This document shows positions 54,179-62,935 of a stretch of DNA of 64,000 bases, one piece after another. The first letter of the stretch is position 1. Every line of letters begins with the position of its first letter. The notes under the pieces were generated by a model, which ran no database searches, was not told the origin of the DNA, and was given only the letters and a program-made list of their open reading frames with translations. Position numbers and translations under genes: made by a program. Source of the DNA: Clostridia bacterium (GTDB lineage Bacteria; Bacillota; Clostridia; Oscillospirales; Acutalibacteraceae); contig JAFRXY010000098.1 in assembly GCA_017441385.1 (NCBI GenBank), positions 3,350-67,349 on the forward strand. Reading direction: 5' to 3'.

Positions 54179-54385
54179 TAAAATTCCTCCATTGTATAGG
54201 TTGAATAATTCATATATTATTTAACCATATTTTTTTTTAATTGTCAACAATGATCTGTATAAAATCGTTTAATTTTTTTTGCCCGAAATCTACAATTATC
54301 CCAATCGTTCAGAATTGTTTACAAATATCATGTTGATTTAATTGAATTTGAATAATATTATGTATTAAAAAGGGAGGTTTTCGCT

Positions 54386-54988
54386 TTGCTGGTCGGTATA
54401 ACGGGTCCAAGCGGCGCGGGCAAAGGCTGTGTGACCAAAGTCTTTGAAAGACTGGGATTCACGGTAATTGACGCTGATCTGATTGCGCGTCAGGTAGTCA
54501 TGCCGGGTGAAAAAGCTCTGTCCGCACTGGCCGATGCCTTTGGCAGTGACATCATTATGTCCGACGGCTGTCTGAACCGCAGACTGCTGGGTGAAAGAGC
54601 CTTTTCGTCCGAACAGAATACCGTTATTCTCAACAGTATTATGCACGGCGAGATAAAGCGGCGAATGATTCTCAGCGCAGAGCAATGTGCCTCCGACGGA
54701 AGAAACTGTCTTTTTGACGCTCCCCTGCTGATTGAGGCGGAGCTTGACGGTTTATGCGATGTGTGTGTCGCCGTGGTTGCTTCCCGGGAAATCAGAATGA
54801 ACAGGCTGATGCTGCGCGATCACCTGACGGAACAGGAGATTGGCAGCAGGCTCAGCCGGCAGCATGGCGATGAATATTACACTTCACACTGTGAATATGT
54901 AATAGTGAATGACGGGGATCTTGCCGCGCTGGAGCGTGCTTCCGCTGAAGTGGCCGGAAAGATACTGAAACAATTTGCTGCTGAATAA
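54386..54988 (+). CDS. coaE: dephospho-CoA kinase
   Basis: P-loop VGITGPSGAGKG, IDADLIARQV, and FDAPLLIEA. TTG start after GGGAGG. Confidence 0.9.
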   Translation: MLVGITGPSGAGKGCVTKVFERLGFTVIDADLIARQVVMPGEKALSALADAFGSDIIMSDGCLNRRLLGERAFSSEQNTVILNSIMHGEIKRRMILSAEQCASDGRNCLFDAPLLIEAELDGLCDVCVAVVASREIRMNRLMLRDHLTEQEIGSRLSRQHGDEYYTSHCEYVIVNDGDLAALERASAEVAGKILKQFAAE

Positions 54989-55011
54989 TTGTGATGAGGT
55001 GATTCATCTCT

Positions 55012-55575
55012 ATGGTGATAAGTATACGCAAAGCCAAACGGCCGATATCCTTTCTGTTGGCGGCTGCCATGCTTTTCGGCTGTGCATACGCCGGCATCAT
55101 GACCCTTAAAACACGCGTTTTTCCAAGGACTTACGCAATGTATGTGGAAAAGTACTGCAAAAAATACGATATTGACGTCAATCTGGCGTATGCTGTCATT
55201 CACACCGAGAGCGGATTCGACAGTGAAGCCGTTTCTCCTCTGGGCGCCTGCGGACTGATGCAGATCATGCCTGAAACCTTTGAATGGCTTCGTTCCAAGG
55301 ATAGGGAAGGCGCTGACAGGTACGACGACGTTTTTGACCCGGAAACCAATATCCGCTACGGAGTGTATTTTTTATCACTGATCAAACAGCGGTTCGGAAA
55401 CGAACGACTCATGCTCGCCGCCTATCACGCGGGCATGGGAAGGGTAAGCGAGTGGCTTAGCAATGTTGCTCTGTCAAGCGACGGCAAATCGCTTCACACC
55501 ATACCCTTTCCGGACACGGAATATTATATTAAAAAGGTCGAACGCACCAAAAAGATTTATGAGGCGTTGTACTGA
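55012..55575 (+). CDS. lytic transglycosylase (SLT domain), membrane anchored
   Basis: N-terminal TM segment, catalytic region AVIHTESGFD...GLMQIMPETF, and AYHAGMGRV. Confidence 0.88.
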   Translation: MVISIRKAKRPISFLLAAAMLFGCAYAGIMTLKTRVFPRTYAMYVEKYCKKYDIDVNLAYAVIHTESGFDSEAVSPLGACGLMQIMPETFEWLRSKDREGADRYDDVFDPETNIRYGVYFLSLIKQRFGNERLMLAAYHAGMGRVSEWLSNVALSSDGKSLHTIPFPDTEYYIKKVERTKKIYEALY

Positions 55576-55628
55576 GTTCCTTGGGAGATGATGGTTTGGA
55601 CAACATACTATTCGGCAAAGACAGCCGG

Positions 55629-56177
55629 ATGACCGACTATGTCAAAATCGCGGAGGATTTCAGTCTTCCCCGGTGGGAGCAGATACCGACACTTGGACTG
55701 TATATGGATCAGGTTGTGACGGTCATTGAGCAGGTGCTTTCCCCGCTGATCGGGTTTGAGGGGGAGGCGTGCATTACGCCTTCCATGATCAACAATTATG
55801 TGAAGCTCGGTATGGTGCAGAAGCCCGATAAAAAGAAATACAGCCGCGATCATATCGCCAGCCTGATCGTGATTACGATATTGAAGCAGTCCACCGCGAT
55901 AGGAGATATCCGTCTGGGGATAGATACGGCTCTCAAAAACGGCGATAAAAAGATATGCTATGACAGTTTCTGTGATTATGTTGAAAAAGCCGTCAGGATT
56001 GTGGCGCAGAGCGTCGTTTCCACAGATGATACGGTGAGTCTGCAATTCAGTTTTAATCCCGAACACACCATGATTACCGCGGCAGTCTGCTCATTTGCGA
56101 CAAAAATTATCACCGCCAAAATGCTTTCCATCATACGCGAAGACAATGACAAGGCTGCATCAGAAAATATGAAATAG
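55629..56177 (+). CDS. DUF1836-family protein
   Basis: LYMDQVVTVIEQ...ITPSMINNYVKLGMVQKPDKKKYSRDHIASLIVITILKQ matches my recollection of DUF1836. The start is uncertain (TTG 55581 or ATG 55629). Confidence 0.7.
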   Translation: MTDYVKIAEDFSLPRWEQIPTLGLYMDQVVTVIEQVLSPLIGFEGEACITPSMINNYVKLGMVQKPDKKKYSRDHIASLIVITILKQSTAIGDIRLGIDTALKNGDKKICYDSFCDYVEKAVRIVAQSVVSTDDTVSLQFSFNPEHTMITAAVCSFATKIITAKMLSIIREDNDKAASENMK

Positions 56178-56253
56178 GATTGATTATTATTTCCTGTTAT
56201 AAAAAAATAAGTTCATATTATGTTCACAGGATCGCTATGATTTCGGGTGTTTT

Positions 56254-56658
56254 TTGCTGTATCATAAGATTGCAGGGATCAGGAAAGGATGTGACGGCTT
56301 GGCAACCTACAAAAATTTCAAGATTCCCCGTGAGGAATTGAAAACATATGTGCGCAACAAAGGATTGTGTATTGCTCCCGATACGGTGCTTGTTGACGGA
56401 ATTCCGGTTGCGCTGGTATACCGTGTTATGCCGTCCTCGCTGTATGACAGCGGCTGGCGGTTCTTTACCGGCACGGAAAGTGACGATTATCTTGCCAATT
56501 CCCGCTGCAACGGCGTCTATGACCTCAACACAGTGGTCAATTACTGTCCCGAAACACTTTCCCTGCTGGATTCCCCGCCGTACAGCGCTTTCCGGCGCAA
56601 TGAGGAAGGCGAGTGGGTCAATATCTCGTTTGACGTTGACTGGCGGCTGTGGTCTTGA
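56254..56658 (+). CDS. DUF2185-like (immunity-type) small protein
   Basis: VLVDGIPVALVYRVMP....DSGWRFFTGTESDDYL...DLNTVVNYCPETLSLLDSPPYSAFRR matches my recollection of the DUF2185 pattern. The start is uncertain. Confidence 0.55.
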   Translation: MLYHKIAGIRKGCDGLATYKNFKIPREELKTYVRNKGLCIAPDTVLVDGIPVALVYRVMPSSLYDSGWRFFTGTESDDYLANSRCNGVYDLNTVVNYCPETLSLLDSPPYSAFRRNEEGEWVNISFDVDWRLWS

Positions 56659-56700
56659 TTCTGGCACAATATTTTCCTCTTTGCAATAAACCCTCTTCCA

Positions 56701-56764
56701 AATAAATAACGGATACTCCCGAAAAACTCTGTAAAGAGCAGCCGGCAGTATCCGTTGTTTATTA
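56701..56764. terminator. bidirectional hairpin between convergent genes
   Basis: AATAAATAACGGATACT 56701-56717 pairs with AGTATCCGTTGTTTATT 56748-56764 (17 bp, 1 mismatch). Confidence 0.55.
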
Positions 56765-56779
56765 TTGTCCGTCATTTCA

Positions 56780-57007
56780 TCATGAATTGGCTTCGATGAA
56801 ATTGACCAGTGCGCCCACAGTGGTGATGTTCTCGATTTCGGTTTCATCGACCTGCATGTCGAATTCATCGCCCAGCGTCATCATCAGATCCATTACGTCG
56901 AGTGAATCGGCGCCCAGATCCTCCAGAATATCGGTTTCCATGTTGATGGAATCCTCATCGACGTCGAACTGTGCGGCAAGTATATTCTTAACCTTTTCAA
57001 AAACCAC
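56780..57007 (-). CDS. acpP: acyl carrier protein
   Basis: The phosphopantetheine site is LGADSLDVMDL. It is 75 aa. GTG 57007 lies 9 nt after AAGGAGG; the longer ORF-track start has no RBS. Confidence 0.88.
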   Translation of the reverse strand: MVFEKVKNILAAQFDVDEDSINMETDILEDLGADSLDVMDLMMTLGDEFDMQVDETEIENITTVGALVNFIEANS

Positions 57008-57275
57008 AAAAAAGCACCTCCTTTTGAGGATAATTCGGACAATCCTGTCCGGCAGCAAATAAAATCTGTTGAATTTTGCGCTTTGATATGTTATGATTAA
57101 GAAAGCGCAACCGACAATTCAAAATTCAGATAAAAGCCACTACTAAGATATTATTAGCATAAAGCGCATTTGTCAATATTTTTATTGAAATTTTTATTTT
57201 TTTTTCAAGTTTTATGCAAAAAAACTTTCAAAAGCCGGTTGGTTATCTGAACACAAAGACAGGAGTTATAATAAA

Positions 57276-58127
57276 ATGAGAACAAAGCGTTTCGCAGTTA
57301 TCGGACATCCCATCGGTCACACCATGTCGCCCTTTATACATACCCGGCTTTTCAGCCTGAACGGAATCGACGGGGAATACTCCGTCGAGGATATTGCGCC
57401 CGATTCTCTGGAGAGTGAGATGCCGCGCCTGCTGGATGAGCTGGACGGATTCAACGTCACCATTCCCTACAAGTCGGCGGTCATTCCCTTCCTTTCCGGT
57501 GTGGAAGGAGTGGCGAAGGAGTACGGCTCGGTCAATACGGTGAGATGTTCCGACAGGTCGGGCAGGACGACCGACCCGGTCGGCTTTGTCCGTGCGCTGA
57601 AGGCGGCGGATATTCCCCTTCAGGGCAGGGTCGCCGTTCTCGGCGCGGGAGGCGTCTGCCGCGTGTTTGCCGGAGAAGCGGCGAGAGCGGGCTGTAAAGT
57701 GACCTTCGGCGTGCTGGAGAGCGATATTCCCTCCGCGCAGGCCATCATTTCCGGCATAATGGAATTCCACCCGGATTTCCGGGCCGAAATCGTGAAAATC
57801 GGAGAGCTTTCGGGAGAATTCGACCTGCTGGTCAACGCCACTCCCGTGGGTATGTTCCCCAAGGTGGGAAATATGCCGGTCGGGAAGGAATTGCTGCAAG
57901 GCTGCAAGGCTGTATTTGACGCGGTTTACAACCCGGAGAACACGGCACTCCTTACAGCCGCCCGTGAATGCGGCTGCAAGGCGCAGGGCGGCATGCCCAT
58001 GCTGGTGTGGCAGGCGGCGGCGGCGCAGGAAATCTGGCTGGGCGTGGAATTCAGGCAGGACGATGTGGAAGGCGTTATCGCCGACGCTACCCGGTATATG
58101 AACGGGCATTTCACAGGCAACAAGTAA
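57276..58127 (+). CDS. aroE: shikimate dehydrogenase
   Basis: FAVIGHPIGHTMSPFIH, NVTIPYK, GSVNTV, VLGAGGV and NATPVGM. Confidence 0.92.
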   Translation: MRTKRFAVIGHPIGHTMSPFIHTRLFSLNGIDGEYSVEDIAPDSLESEMPRLLDELDGFNVTIPYKSAVIPFLSGVEGVAKEYGSVNTVRCSDRSGRTTDPVGFVRALKAADIPLQGRVAVLGAGGVCRVFAGEAARAGCKVTFGVLESDIPSAQAIISGIMEFHPDFRAEIVKIGELSGEFDLLVNATPVGMFPKVGNMPVGKELLQGCKAVFDAVYNPENTALLTAARECGCKAQGGMPMLVWQAAAAQEIWLGVEFRQDDVEGVIADATRYMNGHFTGNK

Positions 58128-58161
58128 ACACATACACATATACACACAGGGATTGATCAAA

Positions 58162-58674
58162 ATGATGAACAGAAACATTGTGCTCTTCGGCTTTATGGGA
58201 TGCGGCAAGAGCACCGTCGGCGCGGAACTTTCCGCCAATACGGGGCGCGAACTGGTGGACACCGACAGGCTTATCGAGCAGACTGAGGGAATGACAGTCA
58301 GCCGGATATTCGCCGAACGCGGAGAACAGTATTTCCGCGACGCGGAACACAGAATATGCTGTGAGCTTGCCGGACGTGAACGGCTGATCATTTCCGCCGG
58401 CGGAGGTGCGCTCACCTTCCCGCGCAATATAGAGGCGCTCCGGAAGGGTTGTGAGCTGGTGCTGATCGACGTGCCTCCGGAAGTGATTTACCAGCGGCTG
58501 CAATACGATACCACCCGGCCGCTTCTCCAGTGCGAGGACAAAATGGCGGCGATCCGCGACCTGTATGCCCGCCGCGATTCCATTTACCGTCAGGCCGCCG
58601 ACCATACGGTCAACGGCGACCAGCCGCGCGGCTTTGTTGCCCTCGACATCATGAAAGCGGTAGGAATACTGTGA
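58162..58674 (+). CDS. aroK: shikimate kinase
   Basis: NIVLFGFMGCGKSTVG, DTDRLIE and ISAGGGA. The start is ATG 58162 or TTG 58153. Confidence 0.9.
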   Translation: MMNRNIVLFGFMGCGKSTVGAELSANTGRELVDTDRLIEQTEGMTVSRIFAERGEQYFRDAEHRICCELAGRERLIISAGGGALTFPRNIEALRKGCELVLIDVPPEVIYQRLQYDTTRPLLQCEDKMAAIRDLYARRDSIYRQAADHTVNGDQPRGFVALDIMKAVGIL

Positions 58675-58735
58675 GCGTTCGCTAAATGAATATTGAAGAA
58701 TGAATCATGGAGGAAGCCCTTCGGGCTTGGAATAA
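58672..58735 (+). repeat. intergenic element family, copy F (TGA-phased heptamers plus UUCG hairpin)
   Basis: TGAGCGTTCGCTAAA is followed by TGA triplets starting at 58687, 58694 and 58701. The hairpin GAAGCCC-TTCG-GGCTT then follows, matching copy B (GGAAGYCCTTCGGGCTTGRAATAAAA). Confidence 0.8.
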
Positions 58736-58777
58736 AAAAGCTCTCTGCACAATGTGTAATGTGCGGAGAGCTTTTTG
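58736..58777 (+). terminator. intrinsic terminator after aroK
   Basis: AAAAGCTCTCTGCAC pairs with GTGCGGAGAGCTTTT (1 mismatch), followed by a T-run. Confidence 0.7.
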
Positions 58778-58805
58778 TATTATCAATAAAAAGATATTCA
58801 TTCTA

Positions 58806-59732
58806 TTACAAACACACAAACTTGACGATAGAAACGAGAACGGGCAATGTTGCCATGGAGAATAATGTGGACATAGCGACAATTCGGCTGGCAAGCGTGG
58901 AATCCCGCCTGAATTTGGTGGCGAACAGGGCGCAGGAAGCGGCGACGGGCGCACCGAACATGACGGCAAGCGTCACGGTCTGATGGACGTCCAGCCAGGG
59001 AAGGGCGATGATCATCGGCATGATGACGGCGGGAATGAGAATCAGCCTGAGTGCCGCATTGAAGTAACACCTTGTATCTTTCAGTGTACTGATGAGATCC
59101 GCCTTGGCCAGATGGGTGCCGATGACGATCATGGCCAGAGGGGAATTGAGCGCGGACAGCATGGAAACGGCATTCCCGACGGGGGAGGGAATATGTACCG
59201 ACAGCAGGAACACCGGCAGTCCGGCGACAAGACCCAGCACGCAGGGGTTGATGAACACCTTTTTCAGCGACAGCCTTTCCCCCGACATGATGTGGAATCC
59301 GTATGTCCATTGGAACAGATTGAACAATACAACAAATATCGATGCATAGAGCGTACCCATCTCACCGCAGACCGCGCCGGCAAGAGGAATTCCCATAAAT
59401 CCGCAGTTGGAAAACACCGAGGAAAACCGAAGAACACGGAGGGAATTGTCTTCTCCGCCGCGGTAAACCAAAGTTCCGATAATGATGCAAAAGGTCAGAA
59501 ACGCTGCGCTCACGGCTGAGAATACCGCGATGGAAAGCGCCGTGTCCGGATCAAACGGACGGTTGAAGGCATTGATCACTACGCAGGGCGTCACGGCATA
59601 GAGCAGCAGATCGGTCATCTGTGCGGCTCCCGTGTCGGTGATCCGCTTGGCCTTGTACATGCCGAAGCCGACAGCGATCATGATGAAGAGCGATAGCGTC
59701 TGTCCGCATACAACAAAAAAACTGTGAAGCAA
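58806..59732 (-). CDS. AEC-family (auxin efflux carrier-like) transporter
   Basis: Polytopic membrane protein of about 10 TM segments with the typical AEC layout. TTG 59732 lies 9 nt after AAGGAG. The upstream part of the ORF covers a hairpin at 59761-59796. Confidence 0.8.
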   Translation of the reverse strand: MLHSFFVVCGQTLSLFIMIAVGFGMYKAKRITDTGAAQMTDLLLYAVTPCVVINAFNRPFDPDTALSIAVFSAVSAAFLTFCIIIGTLVYRGGEDNSLRVLRFSSVFSNCGFMGIPLAGAVCGEMGTLYASIFVVLFNLFQWTYGFHIMSGERLSLKKVFINPCVLGLVAGLPVFLLSVHIPSPVGNAVSMLSALNSPLAMIVIGTHLAKADLISTLKDTRCYFNAALRLILIPAVIMPMIIALPWLDVHQTVTLAVMFGAPVAASCALFATKFRRDSTLASRIVAMSTLFSMATLPVLVSIVKFVCL

Positions 59733-59870
59733 CTTTGCATTCTCCTTTTTGGGTGAAATAATCGGAAGTGCCGTTATTCCAAATGGCACTTCCGATGGTT
59801 TTGATTTTCTCCGTTTTTCATTTCACATTGTAGGGTGTGTCTGTACTGCCGGCTCAAAACATTCCTTCCG

Positions 59871-60179
59871 TCAGTCCGTGTCATCGCTCTTCTCCGGCGG
59901 CTCAGCGGGTTCTTCGCTCCGTTCCGCCTTGAGGTTATTCCAGCTCAGCAGAAGATAGATCAGGAAGATTACCAGCACGCCTCTCGCGACCCATGAACCG
60001 ACGGGGCTTTCGGCAAATCCGCTGATGAATTCACGGCAGAGCAGGTAGATGCCGGCAAGTATCAGCAGGACGCCTGTCGGGTAGGTTACCGCCGCATGAT
60101 CGCGGAACCGGGTGAACATCAGCGCGGCGCCGACAAAGCAGCCGAGGGCTATTATAATGAAATAGAGTGAAAACTGCAT
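59871..60179 (-). CDS. small membrane protein (three hydrophobic segments, acidic tail)
   Basis: It is the third gene of the DUF2975-HTH operon. GGGAGG RBS. Confidence 0.6.
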   Translation of the reverse strand: MQFSLYFIIIALGCFVGAALMFTRFRDHAAVTYPTGVLLILAGIYLLCREFISGFAESPVGSWVARGVLVIFLIYLLLSWNNLKAERSEEPAEPPEKSDDTD

Positions 60180-60202
60180 ACCAAATCACGCCTCCCTCAG
60201 AC

Positions 60203-60436
60203 TCATTCGCCGATTTGCTCGTCGTCCTCGTCGCCGGGGACGTACTCCAGAATATCGCCGGGTTGACAGTTCAGTTCCTTGCATATGGCAAGCAAGGTGG
60301 AAAACCTGATCGCTTTTGCCCTGTTGTTTTTTAGGATAGAAAGGTTTGACAGCGTGATGCCGACCCGCGAGGCAAGCTCGGAAGCCCCGACCTTCCTCTT
60401 GGCCATCATCACGTCGAGATTCACAATGATAGGCAA
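60203..60436 (-). CDS. XRE/YozG-type helix-turn-helix transcriptional regulator
   Basis: VNLDVMMAKRKVGASELASRVGITLSNLSILKNNRAKAIRFSTLLAICKELNCQPGDIL. Confidence 0.88.
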   Translation of the reverse strand: MPIIVNLDVMMAKRKVGASELASRVGITLSNLSILKNNRAKAIRFSTLLAICKELNCQPGDILEYVPGDEDDEQIGE

Positions 60437-60452
60437 AGTGTTTCCTCCTTAC

Positions 60453-60926
60453 TCAGACCGTAAGGTCGTTTTCTTCTTTGTATTTAATCGCAGTCTGGAA
60501 CAGATTGGCAAAAACAGCTGAAAGCAGAGCCAACAGCAAAAAAATGACAGTGATAATCACAGGAAAGAATGAAGTGAGAAATGTGGAAAAGAACAGCACC
60601 ATTACGGCGATTACCACACTGCAAATGCTGACCACTCTGAGATAGGTCACGTTTTTCACAATAAACGACTTGCCCCTGCTGATATTCATGGTGAGCAGCC
60701 ACGCCATGACCAGCGTGATGAAGACGGGAACGCCAATGCTGTAGAGCATGGAAATCATGACTTTCTGGGAGTTGGGCGAAATCTCGACCGCGGAATTATC
60801 CACGTAAAAGTCGATAAGCCACGGCAGGGCAACGTAGACCACCGCCACAACCAGCATGATCACGCTGATGAAGAAGCAGGCCATATGGCTGAGATTGAAT
60901 TTTAACAGCTTTCTGAGTTTGTTCAA
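60453..60926 (-). CDS. DUF2975-like membrane protein
   Basis: Four TM segments. Its position directly upstream of a YozG-type HTH is the usual pairing for DUF2975 (from memory). Confidence 0.65.
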   Translation of the reverse strand: MNKLRKLLKFNLSHMACFFISVIMLVVAVVYVALPWLIDFYVDNSAVEISPNSQKVMISMLYSIGVPVFITLVMAWLLTMNISRGKSFIVKNVTYLRVVSICSVVIAVMVLFFSTFLTSFFPVIITVIFLLLALLSAVFANLFQTAIKYKEENDLTV

Positions 60927-61463
60927 TGTAGGTCGATCCTTTCAAGTGCTTTTTGTAATGGGGATTTTTTTATTATGGGAAAAATATAATTGTCGACAAT
61001 ACGCCTGTTACGGCAATACGCACGCTTTAGCGCCGGTTGATTTGGCTGTATTGCCGAAAATTGATAAGGGTATGTACTATTGGGAAATTTTGGATTATAA
61101 TATAGTACGAAAGCGGGATGTCGTGCTGTATTGCGGGCAGCGGATGATTTTGCTCCGCTGTAAGTATGATAGCACAAAAATGCCGTCTGTTCAAGAGTTA
61201 TTGAGGATTTCTTGCATTTAATTTGCCTTTTTTCGTTTGTCTGGCATGTAAAAAATGATTTCCGCCCCAAAGTCCGGTTGCACAAAATCGAATCAGATTG
61301 ATTCCGGTTTTGGGAGATTAGTCACAAGCCAAGCGGCGCTTTGGGGCGTGATGTAAGAGGGAAAATGAAAAATCGACGTACAAAATGCACAAAAAATCGA
61401 GTTTTTCTTTTACGAAGGCAACTTTTCTTTGTTCTAACTGACGAAAAAAATACTTCAAAACTA

Positions 61464-61491
61464 TTGACATTGACGGAGAGTGTGGTATAAT
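61464..61491 (+). promoter_or_regulatory. sigma-A promoter with extended -10
   Basis: TTGACA 61464-61469, a 16-nt spacer, then TGgTATAAT ending at 61491. About 115 nt of leader precede ATG 61615. Confidence 0.55.
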
Positions 61492-61614
61492 GACTACGGT
61501 GATTGCGAAGAGAACAAATTCAGACAGCCAAGCGCTTCATTGAATTTGCGACACGCAGACTAAACCTGTAATCAGCATTATTCAAAGGTCATTTATTTGA
61601 AAGGATGATTTATC

Positions 61615-61869
61615 ATGAGTACAGTATGGTCACTTAGCAATGTAGACGTCAACGAATTCCTTGCGATCATTGACAAATGCCAGGGCAACATTTATCTGGT
61701 AACCGATGAGGGCGACAAGCTCAATCTCAAGAGCAAGCTCTGCCAGCTGGTCGGTCTTCAGAAGCTCATCGAAGGCGGCATCATCTCCAACGCGACTCTG
61801 GTCTGTGACAACATCAAGGACGAGGAGATTCTTGTAAAGTATAAGCTCTACAAGGTCATCGAGGACTAA
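61615..61869 (+). CDS. hypothetical small protein (84 aa)
   Basis: AAAGGA RBS. A faint HPr-fold-like pattern (LNLKSKLCQLVGL) is present, but there is no phospho-His motif. The function is unknown. Confidence 0.55.
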   Translation: MSTVWSLSNVDVNEFLAIIDKCQGNIYLVTDEGDKLNLKSKLCQLVGLQKLIEGGIISNATLVCDNIKDEEILVKYKLYKVIED

Positions 61870-62162
61870 TTTCATTCCGGTTCGCTTCGCGCTTCTGTGC
61901 GGTAGTTTATTACAGTTTATTATTCTTGTGTCGGGCGGCGTATGCGTTTCAGTTACCTTTGCAGCCGCCCGGTGCAGACAGGCAAAGTCGCCCGTGCTTC
62001 CTGCGGACGCACGGCATCATCACCACTTACCGCATGATTGTTCCTGCCGTCATTGCCGCCCGGCTTTGAGGCTTAGATAAATGCAATGCAGGCTCATGGC
62101 GCCGCCTTGAGCGATGAACCACGACATCCCCTTTTTTCTTTTTTTCATTATAATCCCTCTTA

Positions 62163-62212
62163 AAATTTCAGCTCCCGATCCGCATTTTTTGCGTCGGGAG
62201 CTGAAATTTTTG
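62163..62212 (+). terminator. strong intrinsic terminator
   Basis: AAATTTCAGCTCCCGA 62163-62178 pairs with TCGGGAGCTGAAATTT 62194-62209, followed by TTTGTTT. Confidence 0.75.
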
Positions 62213-62286
62213 TTTCTTTATTATTATTTCATTTACTTTTCGGAATGATGTGGTATAATGAATTCCAACGGAAGGAGACGACAGCC

Positions 62287-62730
62287 TTGAAAAAAACAAA
62301 GGAGAAAAAATCGCCCGACAAAAAGAAATTCAGGAACATCGTGATGATTCTGCTCATTTCGGTATTCGCTTCCGCGCTGATCATTCCCAAGATGATTTAC
62401 CGCATCAATGAGGGACTTGTGGAACAGGACGCCATTGTAGAAGATCTTGATGTCAGCGGATTCAGTGAGAAAACATTTACCGGTTCCTACTCCTCCGGGC
62501 ATATGTACGCCAATGTTGAGGTCACCGTGGTGAACGGACAGTATACCGATATCATTCTCACCGGCTATTCGGGAATTAATCCCGCAAGAGCCCAACGGGT
62601 CATTGATTCTATCATCCGCAATCAAACCCTCCTTCCTGATGAAGGGGATATAGGCGAGCAGTTTACGGATATAATTGTACAAAAAGCTATATATTACGCC
62701 ATCAGATACAGTTACAGCGTGGACAGCTGA
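62287..62730 (+). CDS. membrane-anchored protein with an FMN_bind-like domain
   Basis: TTG 62287 follows GGAAGGAGA. It has an N-terminal TM segment, and YANVEVTVVNGQYTDIILTG resembles the FMN_bind core. The usual SGAT(S/T) flavinylation motif is not evident. Confidence 0.5.
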   Translation: MKKTKEKKSPDKKKFRNIVMILLISVFASALIIPKMIYRINEGLVEQDAIVEDLDVSGFSEKTFTGSYSSGHMYANVEVTVVNGQYTDIILTGYSGINPARAQRVIDSIIRNQTLLPDEGDIGEQFTDIIVQKAIYYAIRYSYSVDS

Positions 62731-62935
62731 TTTGAAATTTTTTTATCACAAAAAAATGAATAATTGTTAGGGAAAAATTTAAAAATTGTTGATTTTTTTG
62801 AGAAATTGAATTATAATTTAAGTTGTAATTGTATAATACTGTGTTGAGAATTGTGTTTGCTGATTTTTGACACAATCCGAAGCCTTTATGTGGCTGCGGC
62901 CAATCATGATCTTTATGAGGGGAGTTCTTTGCTTT

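Noticed and set aside
60856-61285. ORFs 60856-61221(+) and 60923-61285(-) in the large spacer after the DUF2975 operon.
   Set aside because: They mutually overlap, lie in an AT-rich promoter region, have no RBS and no recognisable domains. The first also overlaps the 5' end of the DUF2975 gene.
61263-61348. A perfect 10-bp long-range stem (CGCCCCAAAG 61263-61272 paired with CTTTGGGGCG 61339-61348) enclosing about 66 nt, considered as a possible riboswitch or ncRNA.
   Set aside because: No adjacent promoter, terminator or known riboswitch core was recognised, and the strand is undetermined. A single stem in a 700-nt spacer is insufficient support. It is worth including in an Rfam scan only.
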